Of a DNA stretch of 64,000 nucleotides, positions 24,483 through 36,770 are shown piece after piece; position 1 is the first letter of the stretch; the number at the start of each line of letters is the position of its first letter. The position numbers and the translations under genes are program-made. This DNA is from Felis catus. Its lineage: Eukaryota. Below the pieces are notes generated by a model. It ran no database searches, was not told where the DNA came from, and saw only the letters and a list, made by a program, of their open reading frames with translations. The stretch spans positions 136,464,001 to 136,528,000 of the forward strand of contig NC_058368.1 in the NCBI RefSeq assembly GCF_018350175.1. Reading direction: 5' to 3'.

Positions 24483-25238
24483 AAAGAAACAAGTGTTGGT
24501 GAGAATGTGGAGAAAAAGGAAACCTTGTGCACTGCTGATGGGAATATAAATTGGTTCAGCTGCTGTAGAAAACAGTATGGTGTTTCCTCAAAAATTAAAA
24601 ATAGAAATAACATATGATCCAATAATTCTACTACAGAGTATTTTCCCAGGGAAAATGAAAACACTAGCTTGAAAAGATATATGCACCTTTATGTTCATTG
24701 CAGCATTATTTACAATAGTCAGGATATGGAAGCAACCTAAATGTCTATTGGTAGATGAATGGATAATGTGGTATAGATACACAATGGAATATTACACAGC
24801 TATAAACAATGAGAAGGTGCCATTTGAGACATCATGGATGGACCTAGAGGATATTATGCTCAGTGAAGTAAGTCAGGCTGAGAAAGACAAATGTCATATG
24901 ATTTTACTCATAAATGGAATCTAAAGAAATGAATAAATCAAAAGCAGAATCAGAACTATAAATACGGAGAACACACTGATGGTTGCCAGAGGTGGCGAAG
25001 TGGGCAAAATGGGGGAGGGAGGGAGGGAGATACAGGCCTCCAGTTATGGAATGAGTAAGTCATGGGAATAAAAAGCACAGCCTAAGGAATGTAGTCAATG
25101 ATAATCTAATAGTGATGCAATAGGACAGATAGTAGCTATCCTTATGGTGAGGATGGCATAATGTGTAAACTCATCAATTCACTAAGTTGTACACCTGAAA
25201 GTAATGTAACATTGTGTGCCAACTCAAGTTAAAAAAAA
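24483..25238 (+). mobile_element. carnivore-type L1 3' end (ORF2 C-terminus plus 3' UTR)
   Basis: ORF 24691-24924 MFIAALFTIVRIWKQPKC is the ORF2 C-terminus; A tail at 25231-25238. Confidence 0.9.
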
Positions 25239-25249
25239 GATAGGCTAAT

Positions 25250-25715
25250 TGTTATAAGATGAGTAAATCTGGGGGATGCAACGTACAACACGGTGCCGAT
25301 GCTTAAAACAATACGGTATTATAGACTATTTGAAAGTTGCCAAGAGTGTAGATCTTAAATGTTCTTACTACAAGCAAAACAAAATGGTAATTGTGCGAGG
25401 TACTAGAGGTGTTAAGTAACCTTACTGTGGTTAATAATTTTGTAATATATACATATATCAAATTATTACCTTACATGCCTTAAACTTACACTGTATTATA
25501 TGTCAATAAAGCTAGGGGTGCCTGGGTGGCTTAGTTAAGCATCCAGCTCTTGGTTTCTGCTCAGGTCATAATGCCAGGGTCGTGGGCTCCTCGCTGAGCA
25601 TGGGGCCTGCTTAAGATTCTTCATCTCTCTCTCTCTCTGTCTCTCTGCCCCTCTCCCCTGCTCACACTCTCTCTTTCATATATATGAAATATATGTCAAT
25701 AAAGCTGGAAAAAAA
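25250..25715 (+). mobile_element. L1MA-type 3' UTR fragment, split by a SINE
   Basis: TTGAAAGTTGCCAAGAGTGTAGATCTTAAATGTTCT and TGTCAATAAAGCTGG terminal motifs. Confidence 0.75.
25515..25685 (+). mobile_element. CAN-SINE (older type)
   Basis: TSD ATATGTCAATAAAGCT on both sides. Confidence 0.9.
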
Positions 25716-25784
25716 TTTGGCTGTGAGGGAGAGAGAGAGGTGACTAGGGAAGTCCAGGGGCTCAAAGTGAGATAATTCATTAAA

Positions 25785-25930
25785 TTCATTCATTCATTCA
25801 TTCATTCATTCATTCATTCATTCATCTATTTAGTAGTCATCTCTTATGTAGCCGATGTTATGCTAGGCATCAGGCAGGTACAAAGAGATGTAAGGCATTC
25901 TGTCCAGTGTATACAGTTTAGTTGGTGAAG
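25785..25930 (-). mobile_element. L2 3' end with (TTCA)n tract
   Basis: (ATTC)n 25785-25824 followed by an L2-terminal-like sequence. Confidence 0.65.
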
Positions 25931-25984
25931 CCTCAGAAATGCAAAGCCGTGGGAGCTGTTCTCCTCTTTGCTAAGAAGTGTTGT

Positions 25985-26155
25985 GGGTAGTAGTAAGTGC
26001 AGTTTGGAGTTGAAATGGATCTGGGTTCAAATCCTAATTCTGTTCCTTTTTGGCTGTGTGACGTTGGGCTAGTTGTTTAATCTCTGTAAGCCTCAGTTTT
26101 CTCATCTGTAAAATAAAAATAATAATGAAACGTGCAGATTCCTTGAGAGGATTGG
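25985..26155 (+). mobile_element. MIR SINE
   Basis: CTGGGTTCAAATCC B-box and CCTCAGTTTTCTCATCTGTAAAAT core. Confidence 0.85.
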
Positions 26156-27003
26156 AGCCCAAGTCTGTAATTCCTCATGGGTAGCAGTTTCCTCTGTGTT
26201 ACTCACTACGGTATCCTCAGCACCAAGTTTAGCATAATGCCTGGTCCATCACAGGAAGTCAGTAGATATTTGCTGTACGAACCAGTGACTGAGTGTACAT
26301 AAAGATCCTGGCATACTGGGAGTGTGCTCTAAACGGTGGCCCATTCAGCACTGCTCTGGGGCCAGTGTAGATCTGTCCCTAGATTTGCGAGGATGAGGTC
26401 ATAGGAAACAAGCAAAATGCTCAAGCCTCTCATTGGCAGTAAGCCACAGGGTGGATGTCCTGTCCTGACACTCTTGACAAGTATGAATGGCTAAAGTGGG
26501 GGCGGGAGGGATGCCCTGGAGAGCAGCTGAGACCTGGCCAGACCAGGCCGTGGACAGTCGTGTTCAGGTAGCAGGAGGGTGTGAAGAAGCAACTGTCTAC
26601 CCACAAGTGGCCTCTGGTCAGGGGGATGGGCCTGCCTGGCCATCTCATCTGAGTGGCTCCTGGCTCCGTCCAGCTTCTCAGCGCCCACCTGTCCATGGGT
26701 GCCGGGCTTCTCTGTCTATCCGTCCTTGCCCACAGCTGAGATTCACTGGGCAGCCGCGAAGATAAAAGCAAGAACTGAGGTGGTTCACCTCTTCATGAAT
26801 TCCTTCCTGCCTGGATAAACATAAAACATTGTCATGGACTTTTTCTCTTTGGAAAACTAGGACCTACCTATTTACTATTAAAAAAAAAAAAATCACAGGC
26901 CAGCACAAAGAAAAAAAATCACTCGGAAATAATTACTAGAAATATTTTGATGTGGTTCCAGGGTCTTTTTTGTTTTTCTCCCTAGTATGTATGTATGTAT
27001 GTA

Positions 27004-27213
27004 TTTTATTTTTTTAATTAAAAAAATTATTTATTTATTTATTTTTTAATTTTTGAGAGAGAGAGGGAGAGAGAAGGAGGGCAAAGAGAGAGGGAGACAC
27101 AGAATCCAAAGCAGGCTCCAGGCTCTGAGCTGTCACCACAAAGCCTCATGTGGGACTCAAACCCACAAACCTCAAGATCATGACCCTTAAGCCACTCAGC
27201 CACCCAGGCATCC
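27004..27213 (-). mobile_element. CAN-SINE
   Basis: SINEC body reversed; (GTAT)n in tail. Confidence 0.92.
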
Positions 27214-27984
27214 GTCCTGTCTAGTTTTTAATATGTGTTCTACCTAGTTTCCTTTTGTTCTTGGGCTTAGAGGACAGCCAGGGCCGCTCTTCCTGGGAGA
27301 ATGAAGCTCTGTGACCGGCAAAACCAGAGAGAGACACATGGGCACATCACACACAAGCCCGAGGCTTGTTAGTGGCTATTGACCACCTTGCAGAATGCTC
27401 CAGAGGAAGAACGGGAGACTGTGATCTCCTGGAACAGGCTCCCCAGAGCTTCCTAGCTCAGGATGCGCATAATGAACGTGGGCAGCCTGGGCAGAGCAGG
27501 TGTTGGGGGGTCCCCAGGGTGGTCTCTTCTTTCCATGGCTCCTTGGGGAACCAGGCATTCTGGGGAGAGTGGGCCAACTTACTGTCTCTAGTGCTTGGGC
27601 TCGGCATGGACACCAGGGAGACAGGAGGCCATCCTGCACGAGGGCAGGGCAGGGTGCACACACACTGTGCTGCCCCCTGGGGCTGCGGAAGATCTCGCGG
27701 CCACTTGTTGGTCCCCCAGTCTTGGGGCAGAAACTGAGGCACAGGGAGAATCCGCAGCCTGCTGAACGTCTGCGGATGGCCTGTACAGGAGCAGGGAGGG
27801 TTACTCTGACCCTTGATCCTGTGCCCTTCCCTCTGGTTCTGACCCATCAATTGTATGGCTTCAAGGCAAGTCAGCTCTCTTGGTCTTAAGTGTTCCCGTC
27901 TGGAAAACGAGGCTGATACTGCCTGCTTCTTCCTGTCTCAAAGAAATGTTCTCAACTTGGGACATGAAACAACCCAAGATCGGG

Positions 27985-28085
27985 AGCCAGCAGGTCTTGG
28001 TTTTAGACCTAACCCTGTGGGATCTTGGGCAAAGTCACTTTCTCTGTTTGAGACTCAGTTCACCCTCTGTAACATGAGGAGACGA
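27985..28085 (+). mobile_element. MIR fragment
   Basis: TCTTGGGCAAAGTCACTTTCTCTG...CTCAGTT core. Confidence 0.65.
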
Positions 28086-28089
28086 GAGT

Positions 28090-28465
28090 GGTAATAATAA
28101 TTGCTAGCCTTCTTAAACCCTTGCTGTGAGCCAGGCAGTGGGCTAAGTGCTAGGGTTATTTAGTTTAATCTTCTCATCAATCTTGTGAGGGATGTGCTAT
28201 TTATTTTTGAGAGAGTGAGAGAGAGAACAAACAAATGGGGAAGGGGCAGGGAGAGAGGGAGACACAGAATCTGAAGCAGGCTCCAGGCTCTGAGCTGTCA
28301 GCACAGAGCCCGACGCGGGGCTCAAACTCATGGCCCATTAGATCATGACCCGAGGTAAAGTCAGATGCCTAACTGACTGAGCCACCAGACGCCCCTATTT
28401 TCCCCACTTTAAGGATAAGGCATTTGAGGCTCTGAGTTTAACTTGCCCAAGATCTCTCAGCTGGG
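28090..28465 (-). mobile_element. MIR split by a SINE
   Basis: GCCAGGCAGTGGGCTAAGTGCT and AACTTGCCCAAG motifs. Confidence 0.65.
28199..28395 (-). mobile_element. CAN-SINE
   Basis: SINEC body reversed. Confidence 0.94.
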
Positions 28466-29527
28466 TGAGAGTATCTACTTCATAAGATTTATGTAAGGCA
28501 TTGGGTAAGCTGTTTGTACATGTGTTTTCCACTCTGTAACTATAACACACATGCATGTGCACACATATATACTTGTTCTGATTTATTACTGTAAGAATAT
28601 GTTGAGCTTTTTTTTACAGTCCTGAGTTCCAAGTTAGGACTCTGTGATTTTATTCACAAACAAATGAGTTGCACTGCATCTAGGCAGCACCTGCTCTGTT
28701 CATTTGTAACGTGCATCACTATTTACCAATGTATGGGCTTTATTGTGTGTCTGTGAAGGAAATGTCTATTCTCTACATGTGCTTGTCCTTATATTTAATG
28801 CTTAACTGGAGCCAGACAGAGAAAACAGTCCTGTACTGTCACTTTGCCGCTGGATCTGACATCTTCCTCTCCAGCTTCTGCCTTCCATGACTCAGGCTTT
28901 GCCTTTGGCAATGTGTCCGGGGCAATGCCACTCCTGATTTGCCTCCCTTCACAGCACTGCCTCCATCTGCTTCACTGGGGCCATGTGGGAGCCTTTGTCA
29001 CCATAAAATGTCAGAACTAGAAGGGATCGTACACATGACCTGGTTCAGTGATTTTTAACATTCTCCTTTCCTTAGTAAAAGTCTTGAAGACAAAATCTTT
29101 GGTGGAATTCTAAGGGTAGAAGGGCTTGGGATGAAGCATGCTGCGGGGCTAGAGGCACACCCACTAGGCTTCCCTCTTGCCAGGCTCCATCCCTACTTCT
29201 CATCCCTCTGAGATAAGGGGCAAAGTGAGTCCCAGAAAGTGAAGTCTCATAGTTGGTTAGTAGCCTTCTGAACCTAGATTCTAGAATTCCATAACAAATT
29301 GCTTAGAAGAAGGAGACTTGCTTTTTTGTTTTCGTTTGTTAAAATTCTGATGTTTTGGACATTAAATGAGTGAATAAAATGAACTTTTTCCTTACTAAGG
29401 GGCTAGTCTTTGGATTAGTTTGTCAAACATTTGTCATGCATGTGATCTTACTAGGTGCTTAAGAATTCATGATTTGAATGCAGACAGACAAAACCAGCCT
29501 CTAGTGGTAATCAGAATCGGAGAGTGC

Positions 29528-29983
29528 CTGTAGTTAAGATCAGATTTCGTTATAAGTAGCAGGCCTCCCGAGTAATTACGGCTTAAACAAGCTGGAAGTG
29601 CGTTTCTTCCTCATAGTCAGGTCTGGAGGTAGACAGTTCAGAGCTTGTATGGTGGCTCTGTTCCGTAGAGTTCTCTGCAATATCTAGGGCATGGTTCCAG
29701 ACTTCCTGTACCAAGATGGTGGCTAGAGCTCTGGCCACATCTACCAGACAGCTACATGGAGAAAAGAACAGAGAAGAACGGGGGCAAAGGGCCCAGGCCT
29801 GTCACATGTTAGTGGAATTTCCCAAACATTGCCAGAAAGTAACCTCAGTTGATAGGCACTGGCTTGAAGTGGTCATACATCATTCCTAAGTATATTCTAG
29901 GCAGCCCTGTGCCCAGCTAAATATCAAGGATTGCGCTGTAAAAGGAGATGGGGACAGTGAATATTGGGGGACACTCTGCCACA
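29528..29983 (-). mobile_element. old MLT1 (J/K-like) MaLR LTR
   Basis: GGCTTAAACAAG, GTCTGGAGGTAGACAGTTCAG, CCAAGATGG, GTGCCCAGCTAAA and terminal CTCTGCCACA. Confidence 0.7.
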
Positions 29984-31149
29984 AAGTGAACTTCTCGTGT
30001 TTATTTTTCCCTATTCTTTGATTTTGCTAAACAGATTTTGAGGGAGCCTGTAGGTATTGAGTGTGTAGGAAGTGTGGGGGTGGGGGAAGTAGGGTGGACT
30101 CCAGAAAGGGAGGGGCTGGTTGGTAATGGCTGATGGAGGCAGATGTGGGTCAAATGAAGCGTGAGTGGTTAAGTGATCTGGAAGTCTCTGTCAAGTGCTC
30201 ACCAAATTTTGTGTCCCTGAGGGTTCACCTATCCCATCCCCTAGGCAAGCTTGGTTAGGCAAATTGTCTATTAATTGAGCAATAATAATGTTGCTTAGTA
30301 TGATAGAACATTATCTGACCCTGAATCCTCTTTTGGGGGTAGAGGAGTTTATGGCAAAAAATAACAAAATCAAACCAAACAGAACAGGAAGATTTATGGG
30401 AACATTTAATACTGAGTAGTCAAGGCATGCCAAAGACCAAAAATACATGGTTCAAAAGCATGACAAAGCTAATGTGGGGGGAGAAAAAGCTAATGTGAGA
30501 TGAGGGTGTATGAAACCTCATGATTTCATTTTGGAGCTAATGTGGGCAGCTGTGGACAGTTGGGCTGCTTTAAATAATGAATAGCAATTTTTGAATTACA
30601 TTATCAATAATGACAGGATTTCTTTTTAAAATTTAAGATCAGGTTATAAAGTGCTTGGGTCTTATCTCTGAGTCCAGGGTACGAGGTACAGGCAATTTCC
30701 TCGCTGCTAGAGTACATTCCCTGCATCTGAGGTAGGAGTGCATTTAATAGACTGAATCACTACAGCTTTCTTTTGGGAAATTTCAATTTCACTGCAAGCA
30801 ATTTACATAGAGAGTCACAGCTTGAATTCATAGCTCATATCTTGGTTGCTTTGGAGATAGCTTCTCTGTTGGAAAGGCAATTACTATCTGCAGGAGAAGC
30901 CTGTCTACCATTAGTCTCCAGTTTTAAACGTTGACAGGTGGAGATGGAAGTGGGGGTGGGGGTGATTAATAAAGGGCTTTGTCTTTCTAGTCCGCAGAAG
31001 GAAAGGGATTTAAGTGTTACAATTTCCCGGGCTCCAGAGATATTTTTTTTCCCCAGAACATCTCAAGCTTTTGACCAAAATGAGAACACGAGACTCTGTG
31101 TAATTAGTGAGTTTTGTCACCTTAACATTATAGGGAAGAACATGAAATA

Positions 31150-31850
31150 ACTGAAAGTCAGTCCCTTGGAGTTTTACCGAGCCGTGGTAAAGAAATCTAG
31201 TGATACTGTAAAATTAGTCTTTAGCCCCTGGATGTGGATAGCTTTGGAGTCTATATAGTGGCTTCTGATATAATCTTTGTTCTTAGGGAGAACGGAATTG
31301 CACCCTGGTTGTTGATGCCCAGTGATGCCTAGTGACCACACAGCAGTCTTTAGGATGGTGTTCAGGAGCTAGCCTTTCCCCTTAGCCGCTAGTGTGTTAA
31401 ACTGTATAAAATTGTTGTGTCCACATTTGAGATCGTGGTGCGGCCAGACAAATATGTATTTTATGAGTGGCTTACTCTCTGTGAGGCCCTGACACGGCCC
31501 AGAGGCTTGTGCATTCAAATCAGTCCTGAGCCGAGACCTGCCCGCATTTCCATCTAATTGACTTAGGCATGGGGACCCCGATTCCTTCTCCTTTAATCGT
31601 CACCTTATATTCAAGGCTAAAAGGCTATAATTACTTGAAGTAGCGGAAATTTGAGTGACCCAGATAATTATCTCAGCAAGATGGGCTTAAAGTTTATTGA
31701 CACAAATGCCAGTTTCATTAAAGGTTTGGTACAAAAGGCAAGTCCATGAGACAGCTGGTTGGCCGAGGTGAAGTGACAGTGAACAGCCCCAAAGACACAG
31801 GAATCACCAGGGACTTTGAAATAATTATCATCATTTCCATAATACAGTTA
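31150..31850. promoter_or_regulatory. candidate conserved non-coding element
   Basis: Repeat-free, retains CpGs, TAATTG/TAATTA/TTTATGA motifs, palindrome AGATAATTATCT at 31662-31673. Confidence 0.3.
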
Positions 31851-32151
31851 GCAGAGCATTATGAGAGGCCAGAAAAACCTTTCTAGCTGCTTAGTATTAG
31901 AGGGCTTCTTCCCTCATCATTCCTCAGTGTGGAATCCATAGCACCATGGTTCAATCCACCCAGGCATCTACTTAGTCTAAAAACTGGTTGAGGAGTCCAG
32001 ACAAATGCAAACAGTACTGTTCCCTAGATTGCGGGTAGCCAAAGTGAACACTATGATAATAGTACATTTTGTCCAGGCATAGAATTTTTAAATCTAACCT
32101 TATGCATCTATTTCTTTTCTATGTTTAATGGTTAAAAATAAACACAATGTT

Positions 32152-32375
32152 GGGATACCTGGGTGGCTCAGTCGGTTCAGCATCTGATTTCAGCTCAGGT
32201 CATGATCTCATGGTTCATGAGTTTGAGCCCCCTGTCAGGCTCTGTGCTGACAGCTCAGAGCCTGGAGCCTTCTTTGGAGTCTGTGTCTCCCTCTCTCTCT
32301 GTCCCTCCCCTGCTCATACTCTGTCTCTCCCTATCTTTCAAAAATGAGTAAATGTTAAAAAAAATTAACAAAAAA
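32152..32375 (+). mobile_element. CAN-SINE
   Basis: TSD ATAA(A/G)CACAATGT. Confidence 0.95.
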
Positions 32376-32399
32376 GATAAGCACAATGTCTACCTAAAA

Positions 32400-32490
32400 A
32401 TAGCACATTAAAATTAAAATTAATTTTAAATTAATTAGAAATAATTAAAATTAAAAAGAATATTTTAAAATTAAAAAGAAAATTTTAACA
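32400..32490. repeat. AT-rich low-complexity tract
   Basis: Iterated TTAAAA units. Confidence 0.75.
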
Positions 32491-32711
32491 ATCATTACCC
32501 AAATTTAAGCACACACAATACTGCATTTTAGGGTTTATTACTTATCATTTAAGAGTGAGAATTCTACATGTAGATTAATCATAGATCACTTTGGGTATTA
32601 AACTTGTTTTTATAACATTAGTCAAATGCTACTTCCTACTCCTGGTTAACACACAGTAGGCATACCGTGTTTCCCCAGCTAGATTATAAGCTACTAAGGC
32701 AGGTGTCTCTA

Positions 32712-32910
32712 GTAACAGTATTACCACCAACTTAGTGGCCTAACAACACATATTTTTTATTTCACAGTTTCTGTGGGTCAGGAATCCAGGCATGACTTAA
32801 TTGGGGGCTCTGCTTCAAGGCTTCTCATGAGACTGTAATTAATACACTATCAGAGCTGAGGTCTCATCTGAAAGCTTGAATGGGGAAGAATCCACTTGTA
32901 AGCTCACAAG
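32712..32910 (-). mobile_element. MLT1 LTR fragment (copy A) within an L2 remnant
   Basis: TCACAGTTTCTGTGGGTCAGGAAT MLT1 motif. Confidence 0.8.
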
Positions 32911-33169
32911 TCTTCTGTGTTTTTGTCCCCTCTATCACCTAGTACTATGCTTTGTATATGCAATAGGTAGTTGTTAAGAAAAATGGAGATTTTGACTTCC
33001 ATACATGGGAATACATGAATGGATAACTAAGAATGAGTGAAGCCACTATCCTGGGCTTGACTTCCTCTTTGAGGGAATGGTTGGGGATAGAGATAATAAT
33101 TTTCCAACCTGAGTGGATTGTAATTCACTTTGTGAATATGCATCTGGACTCCTCACACATATGACAGGA

Positions 33170-33365
33170 AAGGTGTAAATAACAATGATAATAGCTCCTA
33201 TTCCTTGAGGACTTAACCTGTGCCTGGTACTGTGGTGAGCAGATGAGAAAGCAGAGGCCTGGAGAGGTTAAGTATCTTGCCCAGGGGTCATGATGATAGT
33301 AAAAGACAAAGCTGGGAAAACTTATTCTATGAATGCCAAAGTGCATGTTCCTATCTACTCTGCTT
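33170..33365 (-). mobile_element. MIR SINE
   Basis: CAGATGAGAAAGCAGAGGCCTGGAGAGGTTAAGTATCTTGCCCAG core. Confidence 0.75.
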
Positions 33366-34834
33366 TAGCGCCTCTGATAGGTGGCACTTTGGGTAGGCAG
33401 AGAGCATTTTAGCTCTTGGGGAGTGAGGTATACTGCTGCCTTAATTTCGAGGTTCCTTTGTCCAAGGGAAGGGTTAAGAAGGGATAAAAACTCTCACAGC
33501 AAGGCACTGTTAAAATTGCTTTCCTTTTTATAAAGGCCAACTTTAACAGCAAACAAGTAATAAATCAACGTCTAACCTCTAGCATAGTTTAGCAGCTAGG
33601 GGCAGGGAGAGGAGGCAATGATCATTCACAGTCAGCAGCAGTGTCTGGAGACCAGCAGTGAGGCTGGTGTTCTGGGGTGTCTGTTTGTGGGGGGAGATCA
33701 GTAGAGTATGATGTGATGGAAGAGAGCATGAAGCCAGTTGCACACATGCAAGCTATGTTCCTTGTCAGCTGTCCCCCTGGCCTCTAGCCAGGGCAGAATT
33801 TTCTCCCTCCAGTCAGGTTATTGTGCCCTTGTGCTTTGGGGGCCTCAAGGTCCCAAACCATTAACGTAATAATCACATTGCTCTGGGCAGATTTCTGCCC
33901 AGTGTCCTCTGTGTTATATTGCAAAGACAAATCAGAAACACATTCATCAGTCAGAACGAGTCAGCCACCAGTCATTTTAACTAGTAAAAATAACTTAACG
34001 ATTGATATTTCTGTCTATTATACTCAGACGTGCATAGAGATAAACCCTCAAATACAGGCACTCAGGAAGTGACAGTCATTCTGTGGTGTTTGAACAAAGG
34101 AAGGAGCAAGGCTACGGTTGTCTCAAAAAAAAAAAATTCAGACCCACCATTTACCATAGATTCTTATTATGGTGGTTCTTACTCCATTACTTATTCCACT
34201 TAGAAGCTAGAATATTTGATGGTTTATTGCAACTTCTTAAACAGTGCCAGGATGTGTCACCAATGGGTCAAAAATGGTATACTCCATCCTGGATTGCCTC
34301 CTTTTCCTTCCCTCCTGACAGACGCCGCCATCTTATCCTTCCCCAGCGGGTACCTTTATGATTAGGTCAAGGTTCAGGAGTCACAGAGACCTACTTATCC
34401 TTTTCTGAGAGCCGCTCTCTATGGATACTCTACAACTATCTGGGTTTGTCATTGATATTTGACTGGAACAAAGTGCTGACGAGCAAGTATGTACAAGAGA
34501 AGGAATGATTGTACATACCCAGACAAACCAAAGAGTATGAAGTGAGTATGAAGTAAGGTCGTTTGTAGGCGGAAATCTCAGAATGCCAAAAAGTGACAGT
34601 TGACAAAGAAGGCAAACATGAAATAACTAGCTTTGCAGTGGTTTTCAGATTTTGCAGTACCTCAAATAATGTAAGTAGTTTCAAAAAATTCTAATATCTA
34701 AGCCACAGCTCAGAGCATTTAAATCAGAATCTCCGAGGGTGGCACTCAAGTAAAAGTATTCTTTAAAACTGCCCAGCTCCCTTACACTGATGACCGAAAA
34801 GGAGAAGAGGCTTGCCATTTCCAGGTATAAGCAC

Positions 34835-35115
34835 TGTGTCAGTTATCACTGCATAATAATGTTATCACAATAACATTATCATAATTATATTATTATTGTC
34901 CATAATAACTTAGTGGCTTAAATAGCACACATTTGTTACCTCACAGTTTCTGTGGGTCAGGAATGCAGGCATGACTTAATTGGGGGGCTCTGCCTTAAGA
35001 TCTCTCATGAGGCTGTAATCAGTGTATCAATCAGAACTGAGGTTTCATCCAAAAGCTTGAGTGGGGAGAGATCCACTTCCAAGCTCACACGGTTGCTGGC
35101 AGGATTTAGGTCCTG
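34835..35115 (-). mobile_element. MLT1 LTR fragment (copy B)
   Basis: Same MLT1 motifs as 32712-32910. Confidence 0.8.
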
Positions 35116-36409
35116 CGGCCTAGGACCCAGTGATGAGTAGTAGAACTGGAAACAAAAACAAGAAACTCAATCCAGGTTATTTCTCTTTAATATTTATTAT
35201 GAAATACTTAAAAATCATGAAACGATTACATAGAATAGTATAATGATCACCCTTGTATACCACCCAGCTTTATAAACAGTTTTCCACATTCCATGAATGT
35301 TTTACTTCACTCTTACTTATTTTCATGCAGAAAAAATTATGTGGCAGAAAAGGATGATCTTGTCAGCGTAGGTAACAGGGCCAGTTTGTTCATCTTTACC
35401 TCTTTTCTTTCTACAGTTATAATGGGAGGCACAGATTCCATTCACAGCGGTATCCATGGCATGATGCGTGTTAACACGTGTAGCTGGAGAGGCCAAGCCT
35501 AGAAAACTCACAAGAGCAGCGAAGGCTGATAGTTTTCCCCAAATGGCCTCAAAAGGTGGGCAAGGTGTTCACCAGCAGGTGTGTAGTTGGAGGACAAATG
35601 GTCTTGCATTAGGACCACCATCTGTGACGACATGTGGAACACAAACCCGAGGGTAGGCTTAGCCCACAGGTACCAAAATTTGCCACCTGTGGGAAGCGGT
35701 GAGCAGAATTTACTAATCCAACTTTCTTGGGCTTTGTGATGTAGATCTCTACCTCCTGATTTGGGCCTAAGTGGTCAGCTAGGTGTTGAATTCCATATAG
35801 GTAGTTAAGGTTGCACCACAAAGATTACAAGAGTGCTCGCAGAGTTTAGGGACCTGCATTGTCCTTGTTAGGGTTTCAGATGTTTTGGGAAAGTAAATAA
35901 TAGGGCCTTCAAGTTCCAGGCTCAGGCCAAGGACAACAGACTGGAGGAACAAGAGAGGTTTCAGGAGGGGCAGACACAACAAGGTCCAACAGGCTTTGGT
36001 AGATATGTCTCTTACTGCTTAAGAGTTCAGCTCTTATGTATCTTAGATATACTTATCCCATAGTTACCTGTATTTCTTAGGAAAGAAATACATTTATGTC
36101 CAAAACACTCATGAGAATATTTAAACCTACTTCACGGATCCAGGAAATGGTGGCTGGTGAATACTAAAAATAAAGCAGAAAGGCTCAAGCAAGGTTTCAA
36201 TGGCAGAATCCAAGGAGTTTAAGGGATTTCTAAACTTGGCCAAAGGCTTTCCTGATTTTCTATTTCAAGTTCATCCACGTGAGGGTTTTCAAAATCTGAA
36301 GATCATTTCTTCCTTTTCCTAATGTTGAAAATAGAAGAACCCTGGCTTAACTTTGGAGCAGATTGCAATTTACATTTTGGTCCTTCTGTGATGTGATGAA
36401 TGTGTAATG

Positions 36410-36580
36410 AGGCAGTAAAGGGCTTGGCCATCAGAGTTAGACAGCCTGGGTTCAAATCCCAGCTGTCACTGAGTGTCTGTGAGACATTGGGCAGGTGACT
36501 TATCCTTTTCCAGACTGTCTTCTTGTCTGCAAGATCAGGGTTGATATGAGAATTCAGGGAGATAATGTGTGAATTTAACA
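36410..36580 (+). mobile_element. MIR SINE
   Basis: CCTGGGTTCAAATCCCAGCT and TTGGGCAGGTGACTT. Confidence 0.8.
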
Positions 36581-36770
36581 TGGGTCCTGGAACTGAACAT
36601 GGGTCCTGTTTACTGAACAGTAGCCCTTACCCTACTCTTACTGTAGTAAACATAACCATCTTTTGACTTTTTGTAATGGTCCTGGAAATGAAGCATTGTT
36701 ATTCTAGATAACAATGGGGAGGGGACAGGGGACAGGGCTGGGGACAGGGGAGTAAATATACCTACTTTCT

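Noticed and set aside
34569..34670. 102-nt open segment between TAG and GTAAGT
   Set aside because: Poor pyrimidine tract, several competing AGs, peptide not recognised
35331..35371. Exon-like segment after TTTTCATGCAG
   Set aside because: Acceptor sits at the edge of an antisense old-L1-like remnant and donors are weak
36577..36615. Short tandem duplication AACATGGGTCCTG (similar ones at about 10122 and 20892)
   Set aside because: Ordinary slippage duplications within repeats; only two copies, no array or spacer structure
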